The position numbers were made by a program, and so were the translations under genes. DNA of 64,000 nucleotides from Candidatus Magasanikbacteria bacterium RIFOXYD1_FULL_40_23 (GTDB taxonomy: Bacteria; Patescibacteriota; Patescibacteriia; Magasanikbacterales; GWA2-37-8): the NCBI GenBank assembly GCA_001783215.1, contig MFRA01000005.1:254322-318321 (forward strand), read 5' to 3'. Shown in pieces: positions 7,388 through 16,428 of the stretch. Under the pieces are notes generated by a model that saw only the letters and a program-made list of their open reading frames with translations, made no database searches and was not told the DNA's origin. Position 1 is the stretch's first letter; every line of letters begins with the position of its first letter.

Positions 7388-8823
7388 TTGTTATGCTAAA
7401 CGCTGATCAAGTTAAAAAGGACTATCAAAATTTAAAGCCATTTTATGAAAAATTTCAGACGGAAGTCTGTGGTTTTCTTTTAACTGTTAAAGAAAAACAC
7501 GCTGCTTCAGTTGACGTATCTTCCATTTTGGAAAGGCAGGATGGGATAAAGAAGCTTGAATCAATTGAGGATAATATACGAGAAAAGCCAGAAAAATATC
7601 AGGATTTAAATGAATTGTCCCAAATTAATGATGTGGCGGGCGTTCGCATTACCTGCCATTGTCAAAGTGATCGCGAGGTTCTTTTTAATATATTGGGTGG
7701 TGAGATTTTGCAGCAGCAGGAATATATTGATGTGGATGGTCAGGAGAAGGACGGCATTTATCGAGCCTATCACTATAATTTTAGTAAGATTTTTGATACT
7801 CCTATAGGCAGAAAAAAGCTTTCGTGTGAAGTGCAGCTCAGGACCGTGTTGGGCGATGCTTGGGCAAAGCAAGATACAAAGTATGTATATAAAAAGATTA
7901 GTGAAGGTGAGCCGCATGTTCTGTCTAAGGCAATTTCTGATATTTTAAACAGCTGTGAGGCATTGTGGGATTTGGTAAAGGAAAAAACTAGAACAGATTC
8001 TGGTGATTCTAAAAGACCGCAAGCTGAAATTATTAAATTGAGTGAAAAAATTAAGATGGTTGGAGATCAGATAAAAATAAAAGAAAAAGATAGTAATTTA
8101 ACGGAATGGCTTAAACATCATCAGTTAGTAGCTAAAAAGGGTTTAACCGACGCTGAGGTTATTACTTTTATGGAGGTAGAAATACTATTGCCGTTAAGTG
8201 AGCTAAACTTGGCTAAAACAAAGCTCAATGATGTGGCTAGAGAAGCACCTATACGTACTTTTGGTTGGCCGATAGCGCTCTATTTGGAAAGGGATGAGTA
8301 CAGACCGAAGGTTTTAAAGGACGGTATTGTGGCTGAAATAAAAACAAATGATCGTGATCTTAACGGGAAACATAGGGCATGGACTTATGACTACTGGACA
8401 ATACGTACAGATGGATCCTTTTATCTAGCTAAAAGCCTTTTTGAAAATACAAGGAAACCAACACACATATTTTTTGATACGCGAATTATTCGTACTACAG
8501 AAGTATTAATGTATGCTTTAAATCTTTATTCTGCTCTTGGTGTTCCGGAAGATCAGAGGCTTACCGTAAAAATACGGTATAGTGGTATCAATGGTAAAAA
8601 ATTAGGTGCCGCTGGTAACAGGCTGATTCATGATTATCGTATTTGTCATGAAAATGATATTGAAATGGAGATAACAGCAAGTATGAAAGAACTAAGTGAA
8701 GAAATGAGTGTTTGCGTTGGAAAGCTAACAGCACCACTATTTGAGCTCTTTGATTTTTTTGCCGTTAGTCAAGAAGTTTTATATGGGATAGTTAATAATT
8801 ACCGAAAGGGGATTATTACCTAG
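7384..8823 (+). CDS. RelA/SpoT-synthetase-domain (RSD) nucleotidyltransferase with a ~280-aa C-terminal extension of unknown function; toxSAS/CapRel-like candidate. True start may be ATG 7393.
   Basis: Motifs match (p)ppGpp-synthetase-fold signatures: RQDGIKKLESIEDNIREKPEKY (GRxKxxxSIxxKxxRK-like), INDVAGVRITC (DxxGxRII), YRAYHY (YRSLH-like), EVQLRTVLGDAWAKQDTKYVYK (ELQIRTxxMHxWAExxHDxxYK). Confidence 0.8.
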   Translation: MIVMLNADQVKKDYQNLKPFYEKFQTEVCGFLLTVKEKHAASVDVSSILERQDGIKKLESIEDNIREKPEKYQDLNELSQINDVAGVRITCHCQSDREVLFNILGGEILQQQEYIDVDGQEKDGIYRAYHYNFSKIFDTPIGRKKLSCEVQLRTVLGDAWAKQDTKYVYKKISEGEPHVLSKAISDILNSCEALWDLVKEKTRTDSGDSKRPQAEIIKLSEKIKMVGDQIKIKEKDSNLTEWLKHHQLVAKKGLTDAEVITFMEVEILLPLSELNLAKTKLNDVAREAPIRTFGWPIALYLERDEYRPKVLKDGIVAEIKTNDRDLNGKHRAWTYDYWTIRTDGSFYLAKSLFENTRKPTHIFFDTRIIRTTEVLMYALNLYSALGVPEDQRLTVKIRYSGINGKKLGAAGNRLIHDYRICHENDIEMEITASMKELSEEMSVCVGKLTAPLFELFDFFAVSQEVLYGIVNNYRKGIIT

Positions 8824-8868
8824 GTTATTCAGCGGAGGTTAAAAAAGTTTGCCAAGTGTCTTGATCAA

Positions 8869-8914
8869 CACTACTTAACAAAAAACACCTTCACTAAAAT
8901 GATGGTGTTTTTGT
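8869..8914. repeat. Direct repeat DR-2 (terminator-like hairpin) at the right edge of the RSD cassette
   Basis: actacttaacaaaaaacaccttcactaaaatgatggtgtttttgtt; about 90% identical to DR-1 with a 2-nt indel. Confidence 0.7.
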
Positions 8915-8932
8915 TATTAATGAATTAAATTT

Positions 8933-9439
8933 CTAACGTCCTAATTTTGGCGCTGACATTTTGACCTTATACTTCATACCCATAAAGTTGCCTGTAAAAT
9001 GCTGTTTTCCAAACAGCGTTACATATTGTTGAGGGATATTATTGTCTTTTGTCCATTGCTTTAAATCCTCAGTTGTTTTTTTCATGGCAGCTGCTCTGTC
9101 GGTAGGGGTCATGTCTTTCAAGTCGACTAAACTTGTTTGTATCTCCTTGGTTTTACTGGTAATTAGATCTGCCTGGGCTTGGGTCAATTTTCCGTTTTTG
9201 ACCGCTTCAGCCAAGATGTCGGCCGTTCTTTTTTGGTGCTGCAGAGTGACTGTTTCGTTTATCACACTTTGCACATCCACCTGGTTTAGATTGAATTTTG
9301 CAGCAATGGCAGTAGAAATTTCGTTAAATTGATTATATTTTACTGGGTTAGTACTAGCCGCATAGGTGGTGCCTGCTGCCAGCAAGCCTACTACCGTAAG
9401 AGTAGATAAGGAAGCATATATAAGATTTTTCTTTTTCAT
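8933..9439 (-). CDS. Secreted hypothetical protein (signal peptide)
   Basis: MKKKNLIYASLSTLTVVGLLAAGTTYAAS signal peptide. 168 aa, Lys/Thr-rich. Confidence 0.5.
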   Translation of the reverse strand: MKKKNLIYASLSTLTVVGLLAAGTTYAASTNPVKYNQFNEISTAIAAKFNLNQVDVQSVINETVTLQHQKRTADILAEAVKNGKLTQAQADLITSKTKEIQTSLVDLKDMTPTDRAAAMKKTTEDLKQWTKDNNIPQQYVTLFGKQHFTGNFMGMKYKVKMSAPKLGR

Positions 9440-9592
9440 AACAATATAATATTAAGTTGGTGAATTATTTTTTTCGACCTTTTATACGCTGCGTATAATA
9501 ATACGTTCCACTGATTTAAAATGGTGCATCAGAAAAATTATATTTTTTACATATTTGTATTTTTTTGTTTTTTACAGTAGAGTGAAAATTAT

Positions 9593-10174
9593 ATGAATAC
9601 AGATTTGGATGAAAAATTAGTAGCCCTATATTTAGCTGGAGACGAAACCGCTCTGCAAAGTTTGGTGCGTAAACACACAACCGGTGTTTATAATTTTGTG
9701 GCGCAACTAGTAGGGTATGGCCAAAATGCGGAGGATGTCTCTCAGGAAGCCTTTATTAAAGCTTGGAAAAGTTTAAAAAAGTTTGATTTGGATAAGAAAT
9801 TTAAACCTTGGCTATATCGTATTGCTAGAAATTCGGCAATTGATTTTTTGCGCCAGCGCAAAGCTACAGTTCCTTTGGTAAACACATATGATGATGAAGA
9901 AGTAAACGAAGCGGATTATGTGGTAGATCCGGAGCCACTTCCATTGGAGCAGGCCATATCATCGGAAACAAAAGAGGCTATTCAAAAGTTGGTTAATTCC
10001 TTGCCATCAATTTATAGTACGGTATTAAAATTATATTATTTGGAAGAATTTTCTTTGCCAGAAATAGCCGAAATTTTGAATGAATCTATAGATACTGTAA
10101 AAAGTAAGCATCGTCGTGCTTTGATAAAACTGCGAGAATTAGTCTCGGAAGACCGTAACTTAGCCAAAAACTAG
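9593..10174 (+). CDS. RNA polymerase sigma-70 factor, ECF subfamily
   Basis: Region 2 (EDVSQEAFIKAWKSLKKFD...FKPWLYRIARNSAIDFLR) and region 4 (LPSIYSTVLKLYYLEEFSLPEIAEILNESIDTVKSKHRRALIKLRE). Confidence 0.85.
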   Translation: MNTDLDEKLVALYLAGDETALQSLVRKHTTGVYNFVAQLVGYGQNAEDVSQEAFIKAWKSLKKFDLDKKFKPWLYRIARNSAIDFLRQRKATVPLVNTYDDEEVNEADYVVDPEPLPLEQAISSETKEAIQKLVNSLPSIYSTVLKLYYLEEFSLPEIAEILNESIDTVKSKHRRALIKLRELVSEDRNLAKN

Positions 10175-10216
10175 CCTTTGCACCATAATTATTAATTATT
10201 ACGTAATATATAGCGT

Positions 10217-10651
10217 ATGCCGAAATTTTCTAACCTATTTGAAGAAACCGTATACTTGGCTGTTAAAGACAGTAGACTAGTAACCCCTTCAGCCACGTTG
10301 GCGGACAGGGTGCTTTTTGCTATCGAAAGAAAAAAGCGTTTTTATGCTTCTGTTAAATTGGCTATTTACAGTCTTGTTACCATAACTTCTTCCATTGGTT
10401 TGGCTGTAGTTTGGCGTATTGAAGGATCGGCCATAATAAACTCAGAAGCGATACAGTTATTATCTTTGTTGTTTAGCGATTTTAGTATAGTTGCTAGTTA
10501 TTGGCAGGATTACGCCTTTTCTTTGTTAGAGTCTTTGCCGGTTGTGTCTATAATTGTTGTTGCTTCTTTTGCTTGGGCAGCGTGCGCTTCTTTATGGATG
10601 GCGGCTCGCACATACAAAACATTCAATCATCGCGCAGTTGTTCGTGTTTAA
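10217..10651 (+). CDS. Putative anti-sigma-factor-like membrane protein
   Basis: Immediately downstream of the ECF sigma gene. Two hydrophobic helices. Call rests on context only. Confidence 0.4.
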   Translation: MPKFSNLFEETVYLAVKDSRLVTPSATLADRVLFAIERKKRFYASVKLAIYSLVTITSSIGLAVVWRIEGSAIINSEAIQLLSLLFSDFSIVASYWQDYAFSLLESLPVVSIIVVASFAWAACASLWMAARTYKTFNHRAVVRV

Positions 10652-10669
10652 TTTTTTTAAAAAAAATAT

Positions 10670-11131
10670 ATGACTATGGAAACTAAATTAGTTGGAACAA
10701 AAATTATAAAAGTATCTTTGATTGTCTTTGGTCTGCTTATTGCAGTTATGGCTATATTTTGGGCAGGAATGATGACAGGTTTCCGCAAAGCTAGATTTAG
10801 CTATCAGTGGGACAAAAATTATAATGTTCTTTTTACAAGAGGGCCGGGACACAAAATGCCGCCAATGGGGGATGTTCGAGGCAGAGAGTTTATGGACGCC
10901 AACAGCGCGTTTGGTTTAGTGATTGGGGTAAATTCCAGCACTCTGATTATTAAAGGCGATGACGATATTGAGAAAAGTATTTTTATTACCAACCAGACTG
11001 TTATTCGCAGAGGTCCGGAAACAATTGGAGCGGGCGATATAAAATCTGATGACAGAGTTGTAATTTTGGGCGTGCCTAGTAGCACTGGTCAAATAGAAGC
11101 CAGACTTATTCGACTTATGCCTAAATTGTAA
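10670..11131 (+). CDS. Hypothetical membrane-anchored protein
   Basis: N-terminal TM (VSLIVFGLLIAVMAIFWAGMM). 153 aa. Confidence 0.45.
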   Translation: MTMETKLVGTKIIKVSLIVFGLLIAVMAIFWAGMMTGFRKARFSYQWDKNYNVLFTRGPGHKMPPMGDVRGREFMDANSAFGLVIGVNSSTLIIKGDDDIEKSIFITNQTVIRRGPETIGAGDIKSDDRVVILGVPSSTGQIEARLIRLMPKL

Positions 11132-11139
11132 ATCTTATT

Positions 11140-12930
11140 ATGCTACACAAGATTATAGGTTGGATTACCAAACATAAAATATATACCCTTGTCATAGTGG
11201 GAGTTTTGGTTTTTGGTGGAAGATTTGCTTATCAATCTTTAAAAAGTGATAAGGTTGCTGTTAGTTATGTTTTAAGTACAGTTAGTAAAGGTACTTTGAT
11301 TACTTCTATTTCTGGCAGTGGTCAAATTTCTGTAATAAATCAGGTTGATATAAAAGCAAAAGCCGGTGGGGAAGTAACTGGTGTGTATGTAAAACAAGGG
11401 CAAGAAGTAAAATCCGGAACTATTTTGGCGCTAGTTGATGCTGGTGATGCGCAACGTTCGGTACGTGACGCGCAAACATCTTTGGAAACAGCCAAGCTAG
11501 AATTGGATAAAATACTTGCACCAACAGACGAGCTTACTTTGTTGCAGGCAGAAAACTCTTTGGCTCAGACAAAAGAATCAAAACAAAAGGCGGAAGATAG
11601 TTTAAAAAAAGCGTATGAAGATGGCTTTAATACTATATCCAATGCATTTTTAGCCTTGCCCGGAGTTATTACTGGATTACAAGACCTGCTTTTTTCTAGT
11701 ACTCTTAGTTATAGTCAGGCAAATTTAGATTTTTATGCAGGCGCTGTAAAAAGTTATGATGACAAAGTTTTGCAATATAGAGACGACGCCTATAACACTT
11801 ACCAAACAGCCCGTGCTGCCTACGACAAAAACTTTCAAGATTTTAAGTCTGTAACCAGATTTTCTGATTCAAATACAATTGAAAACACTATTACTCAAAC
11901 TTACAATACTACTAGACTTATTGCCGAAGCTGTAAAAAGCGCCAATAACCTAGCTCAGTTTTATCGAGATAAACTCACAGAACATAATATTGAACCAAAT
12001 TCAATTTCTGCCACTCATCTTTCTAGCCTTAACTCCTATACTAGTATTACCAACAGCCATCTTTCCAGTCTTCTTTCTATAAAACAAACCATCGCTGACT
12101 CGCAAGCTTCTATTATAAGCACAGCCAGAACCATACAAGAAAAAGAATTATCGCTTGCAAAGACAAAAAGCGGTGCAGAGACTTTGGATATTCGTGCAAA
12201 AAAGATAGCGATTCAACAAAAAGAGGATGCCTTAGCTGCCGCTAGACAGACATTGGCTGATCATTATGTACGTGCGCCTTTTGACGGTGTGATTGCCAAA
12301 GTTAATATTAAAAAAGGGGAGTCGCTTTCCTCCGGAGGTGCTGTGGTTACGCTTATTACCAAACAACATACAGCGGAAGTTTCTTTAAATGAAGTGGATG
12401 CAGCCAAAATTAAAGTTGGACAAAAGGTGAATGTAACATTTGATGCCATTGATGGTTTGAAGATTTCCGGCGAAGTTGCAGAGATCGATGCGCTTGGTAC
12501 GGTATCACAAGGAGTTGTAACTTATAATGTAAAAATTGTTCTTGATACTCAAGATGACAGAATAAAGCTTGGTATGAGTGTGAGTGCAACTATCACTACC
12601 GCCGTTAAACAAGATGTAGTTATAGTTCCTAGCAGTGCTGTTAAAACCCAAAACGGCAACAGTTATGTAGAAATGTTTGATCAACCAATACAGAACCCAA
12701 GCAGTCAAGGTGTAACTTCAGATATTCCTCCGCGCCAACAAGTTGTACAGATTGGTATTTCTAATGACACTGAAACAGAAATTATTTCTGGTCTTAAAGA
12801 AGGCGATCAAATTATAATTAGAACTGTTACTGCTTCTGCTGCTAAACCAGCTACTACTCAGGCACCAAGTTTGTTTGGTACAGGTGGTGGAGGAAATAGA
12901 ACCTTTAATGCAGGCGGGGCAGGACGTTAA
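11140..12930 (+). CDS. Efflux periplasmic adaptor subunit (HlyD/MacA-like), long form
   Basis: N-terminal TM, long coiled-coil region, beta-barrel-like C-terminal half (VRAPFDGVIAKVNIKKGE). Immediately upstream of a MacB-like ABC pair. Confidence 0.7.
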   Translation: MLHKIIGWITKHKIYTLVIVGVLVFGGRFAYQSLKSDKVAVSYVLSTVSKGTLITSISGSGQISVINQVDIKAKAGGEVTGVYVKQGQEVKSGTILALVDAGDAQRSVRDAQTSLETAKLELDKILAPTDELTLLQAENSLAQTKESKQKAEDSLKKAYEDGFNTISNAFLALPGVITGLQDLLFSSTLSYSQANLDFYAGAVKSYDDKVLQYRDDAYNTYQTARAAYDKNFQDFKSVTRFSDSNTIENTITQTYNTTRLIAEAVKSANNLAQFYRDKLTEHNIEPNSISATHLSSLNSYTSITNSHLSSLLSIKQTIADSQASIISTARTIQEKELSLAKTKSGAETLDIRAKKIAIQQKEDALAAARQTLADHYVRAPFDGVIAKVNIKKGESLSSGGAVVTLITKQHTAEVSLNEVDAAKIKVGQKVNVTFDAIDGLKISGEVAEIDALGTVSQGVVTYNVKIVLDTQDDRIKLGMSVSATITTAVKQDVVIVPSSAVKTQNGNSYVEMFDQPIQNPSSQGVTSDIPPRQQVVQIGISNDTETEIISGLKEGDQIIIRTVTASAAKPATTQAPSLFGTGGGGNRTFNAGGAGR

Positions 12931-12961
12931 AACTTTCCCTACTCAGTTCGAATATATATGT

Positions 12962-13672
12962 ATGATAGAAATAAAAAATGTTGTAAAGACATACAAAAGT
13001 GGTGATGGCACCGAGTTTCAGGCGTTAAAAAGTGTTAGTTTCAAAATTGAAGACGGAGAGTTTGTGGCAATTATGGGTCCATCTGGATCTGGAAAGTCCA
13101 CTCTTATGCATATTTTGGGCGCACTTGATACGCCTACTAGTGGTACTTATTTTTTGGACGGTAAGGATGTTTCCACTCTTTCCGAAGACGAATTGGCCGA
13201 TATTCGTAAAGGCAAAATTGGTTTTGTTTTTCAATCATTTAATTTATTGCCACGAGCTACGGTGTTGCGAAATGTGATGTTGCCGCTAGTATATAACGGA
13301 GTGCCACACGCCGATAGGCAGCCACAAGCAGAGGCAGCCTTGAAAGCCGCTGGTTTGGATGAAGGTCGTTTTCATAATTTATCTAATCAGTTATCCGGAG
13401 GGCAGATTCAGCGCGTAGCTATTGCCAGAGCTTTGGTAAATAATCCATCACTTATTTTGGCCGACGAACCCACTGGAAACTTGGATACAAAAACGGGAGA
13501 AATTGTTTTGGGAACTTTTCAGAAATTGAACAATGAACAAGGGCGTACGATTATTCTTATTACCCACGAACACGATGTAGCTCAGCATGCCGGACGTATA
13601 ATCTTTATCAAAGATGGGCAAATACTTAGTGATGCGAAAAATCCAAATCAGAAATTAATTAAGGATTTATAA
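12962..13672 (+). CDS. ABC transporter ATP-binding protein (MacB/LolD-like). Start taken at MIEIKNV; the ORF track extends to 12875.
   Basis: Walker A GPSGSGKST, signature LSGGQIQRVAIARAL, Walker B ILADEPTGNLD, H-loop ITHEHD. Confidence 0.9.
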   Translation: MIEIKNVVKTYKSGDGTEFQALKSVSFKIEDGEFVAIMGPSGSGKSTLMHILGALDTPTSGTYFLDGKDVSTLSEDELADIRKGKIGFVFQSFNLLPRATVLRNVMLPLVYNGVPHADRQPQAEAALKAAGLDEGRFHNLSNQLSGGQIQRVAIARALVNNPSLILADEPTGNLDTKTGEIVLGTFQKLNNEQGRTIILITHEHDVAQHAGRIIFIKDGQILSDAKNPNQKLIKDL

Positions 13673-13716
13673 TAAAAACAAGATAAAAATCACGTTGCGT
13701 ATATACTAATTGATCT

Positions 13717-14940
13717 ATGACAGTTGCTGATTTATTAGAAGAAACTTATTCCGCCTTATCCTCCAACAAAGCCAGGTCATTTTTGACTATTCTTGGTATT
13801 GTTATTGGTATTGGTTCGGTAATCGCTATGGTGGCCATTGGCCAAGGCGCGCAAAGTTCTATTGCCGCTCGCATTCAATCTATCGGTTCAGATTTGGTGC
13901 AAGTTACTCCAGGCGCGCAACGAGGAGTTGGTACTCAAGTCAGCTCTGGTCGTGGTGCATCTCGCACTCTCACCCAAGAAGATGCTGATGCTATTTCTAA
14001 AGAAGTAAGCACTGCCAAAGCGGTAGCTCCGGAACTTTCGGGACGTTATCAAGTTACAGCTAAAGGGAAAAATACAAATACATCCGTAGTAGGGGTTTCG
14101 CCAACTTATCCGGCCGTAAGAAATATAGCAGTAGATCAGGGTTCATTTATTTCTGACCAGAATTTGCTTAGTCTTTCCAAGGTGGCAGTTCTCGGTCCAA
14201 CCACGCGTGACGATCTTTTTGGAACAGATGCCGAAGCTGTCGGGCAGACAATACGAATTAAGAATATAGAATTTAAAGTAATCGGTATAACCACAGCTAA
14301 AGGTGGAACTGGTTTTGGTAGTCAAGACGATATGATATTCATTCCGCTTACCAGCGCGCAGCGGTTTTTGGCAGGGGATAATTATGTGACTACTATTAGT
14401 GTTCAGGCAGTTGATTCAGATTCAATGGCTCAAACACAGCAGCAAATAACAGATTTATTATTATCTCGTCATCATATTTCTGATCCAGAAGCAGCGGATT
14501 TTAGCACTTTGAATCAAGCGGACATTGTGGCCACCGCATCTAGTGTTACTGGTACGTTTACTATTCTGCTTGCGGCCGTGGCAGGAATTTCTTTGGTGGT
14601 AGGCGGCATTGGTATTATGAACATGATGTTAACTACAGTTACCGAACGAACCAGAGAGATTGGTTTGCGCAAAGCCATTGGAGCTAAACGAAGTGAGATT
14701 AATTTGCAGTTTCTTATTGAGGCAATAGTACTAACCTGCGTTGGCGGGTTGGTCGGTATAGTTTTGGGTTGGGCAGTGTCATTTGGGATTACTTATTTGG
14801 GAATTTTACAAACCAGCGTTTCTTTCTCTTCAGTCCTGCTTGCATTTGGAGTTTCGGCGGTTATCGGAATTGTTTTTGGTTATTTTCCTGCGCGTCGAGC
14901 TGCCGCGCTAAATCCGATAGATGCTTTGCGTTATGAATAA
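13717..14940 (+). CDS. ABC transporter permease (FtsX/MacB-type, 4 TM with a large periplasmic loop)
   Basis: N-terminal TM, ~250-aa extracytoplasmic domain, C-terminal FtsX-like TM triplet (ERTREIGLRKAIGAKRSEINLQFLIEA). Confidence 0.85.
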   Translation: MTVADLLEETYSALSSNKARSFLTILGIVIGIGSVIAMVAIGQGAQSSIAARIQSIGSDLVQVTPGAQRGVGTQVSSGRGASRTLTQEDADAISKEVSTAKAVAPELSGRYQVTAKGKNTNTSVVGVSPTYPAVRNIAVDQGSFISDQNLLSLSKVAVLGPTTRDDLFGTDAEAVGQTIRIKNIEFKVIGITTAKGGTGFGSQDDMIFIPLTSAQRFLAGDNYVTTISVQAVDSDSMAQTQQQITDLLLSRHHISDPEAADFSTLNQADIVATASSVTGTFTILLAAVAGISLVVGGIGIMNMMLTTVTERTREIGLRKAIGAKRSEINLQFLIEAIVLTCVGGLVGIVLGWAVSFGITYLGILQTSVSFSSVLLAFGVSAVIGIVFGYFPARRAAALNPIDALRYE

Positions 14941-14966
14941 ACAAACTATTTATTAATTAATTTAAC

Positions 14967-15040
14967 TGTCATTCTGAGCAAGGCGAAGAATCTCTTTCGT
15001 TTGGATGTAAAGGGATCCTTCATTACATTCAGGATGACAA
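14967..15040. repeat. Family-A palindromic element, copy 2 (intergenic)
   Basis: tgtcattctgagcaaggcgaagaatctctttcgtttggatgtaaagggatccttcattacattcaggatgacaa. Confidence 0.85.
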
Positions 15041-15046
15041 AAACGT

Positions 15047-15499
15047 ATGAAAAAAATATTACCAGTGTTTGTCGTTTTGTTAGTATTAGTAGGTGGAGGA
15101 TCTTTTTATGGAGGTATGAAGTATTCTGATAGTAAAAGAGTCTCAAGGTTTTCTGCCGATATGGCTGGGGGCGGTAATTTTCGTGCCGGCAATATAATGG
15201 GCGGTGGTGCGCCGCGTAGTACTGGAATGGCTGGAGGGAATGCCAGAGGAGTTGGTTTTGCAACCGGAGAAATTCTATCTAAAGACGATAGTAGTTTAAC
15301 TATAAAATTGCGTGATGGGGGCTCTCAGATAATTTTCTTTTCCACATCTACTCAAATTATGAAGTCATCTGCTGGATCAATGGGGGATTTAATAGTTGGA
15401 GAAAGTATTACAGTAAATGGTAGTACTAACCAAGATGGAAGTGTAACCGCGCAAAGCATTCAGTTACGTCCGGATATCGCTACATCTTCTATAAGGTAA
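15047..15499 (+). CDS. Gly-rich secreted/membrane-anchored hypothetical protein
   Basis: Signal/TM MKKILPVFVVLLVLVGGGSF, then Gly-rich GGGNFRAGNIMGGGAPRSTGMAGGNARG. Confidence 0.45.
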   Translation: MKKILPVFVVLLVLVGGGSFYGGMKYSDSKRVSRFSADMAGGGNFRAGNIMGGGAPRSTGMAGGNARGVGFATGEILSKDDSSLTIKLRDGGSQIIFFSTSTQIMKSSAGSMGDLIVGESITVNGSTNQDGSVTAQSIQLRPDIATSSIR

Positions 15500-15550
15500 T
15501 CAGGTATTTGAAAAAGTTTGCCATTTGTTTCGACTAACCCTATGCATGTC

Positions 15551-15580
15551 AAAATCCGCTTTTAAGCGGATTTTGTATAT
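15551..15580 (+). terminator. Rho-independent terminator
   Basis: aaaatccgc-tttta-agcggatttt hairpin followed by gtatatttt. Confidence 0.5.
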
Positions 15581-15675
15581 TTTATCTTTATAAGGGTTCT
15601 AATAACCTTGTTTTTATGCTAGACTAAAGTAGTCAGCTTAAAGCTGTTTTTTAAATTATTTATGAAGATTTACAC

Positions 15676-16383
15676 ATGTTCCTCTCTATAAAAAAATTAA
15701 GTAAAAATGACAAAAAAATTTGTCAAAAAACTATTAGCTCCAAGGCTATATATGCCATTGTAGGGGATGCTATATTAAGACAAAAAAGCATTTCCATAGT
15801 GAGGATGGGTGACGGAGAATGTAAAATCCTAAAAGCAGACAAAACCAAACCGTTTACGGCGTTTAATTATATGCACAATGAGTGGAATAAAAAACTAGGC
15901 ATAGAAAATATGCCTACTGATATTTTACAAAAAAATATAATAGAGGCAGGAAATAGCTGCTCCTATTTTGCCCCTTCGGTTTCCGGAATTTCCTTATCTG
16001 ATTATTATTTATATAATTTTTTTAAACCACGTAGGGAGTATTTTGATAATTTTTATGTAAATGACTGGACTGCCGAGATGATAAAAAGACTCTTTGAAGC
16101 AAGTGATGGCATATGTATTTTGCATAGGGATTATAAAAAAATAATAAGTAATTTTAAAAAAACATATAAATTTAAAAATACCGTTGTTTTTAAAGGGTTT
16201 CCTAAAAATAATTGGGATGATAACGAACAGTCGATTGATTTTGCCGTTAAATCCGGTATGCAACTAGTTCTTTATAGTGGAGGACCAGGTGCAAAAATTA
16301 TTGGACCAAAAATTGCTAAGGCCAAAAATAAAGTGGTATTGGATGTTGGGAATACTTTATTGCCTTGGAGCATAAAACGTTGA
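15676..16383 (+). CDS. Hypothetical protein, possibly a GT-D-type (DUF1792-like) glycosyltransferase
   Basis: VRMGDGE resembles the RFGDGE motif recalled for DUF1792/GT-D enzymes. Very AT-rich. Adjacent to a GT1-type transferase. Weak call. Confidence 0.35.
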   Translation: MFLSIKKLSKNDKKICQKTISSKAIYAIVGDAILRQKSISIVRMGDGECKILKADKTKPFTAFNYMHNEWNKKLGIENMPTDILQKNIIEAGNSCSYFAPSVSGISLSDYYLYNFFKPRREYFDNFYVNDWTAEMIKRLFEASDGICILHRDYKKIISNFKKTYKFKNTVVFKGFPKNNWDDNEQSIDFAVKSGMQLVLYSGGPGAKIIGPKIAKAKNKVVLDVGNTLLPWSIKR

Positions 16384-16428
16384 TTTTGACCAAAGCTGGT
16401 ATCGCCGGTTAATTATTCTAATAATTTC

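Noticed and set aside
7384-7392. GTG at 7384 as the RSD gene start
   Set aside because: Possible, but an in-frame ATG at 7393 with a conventional context is equally likely. Both are noted in the feature rather than asserting one.
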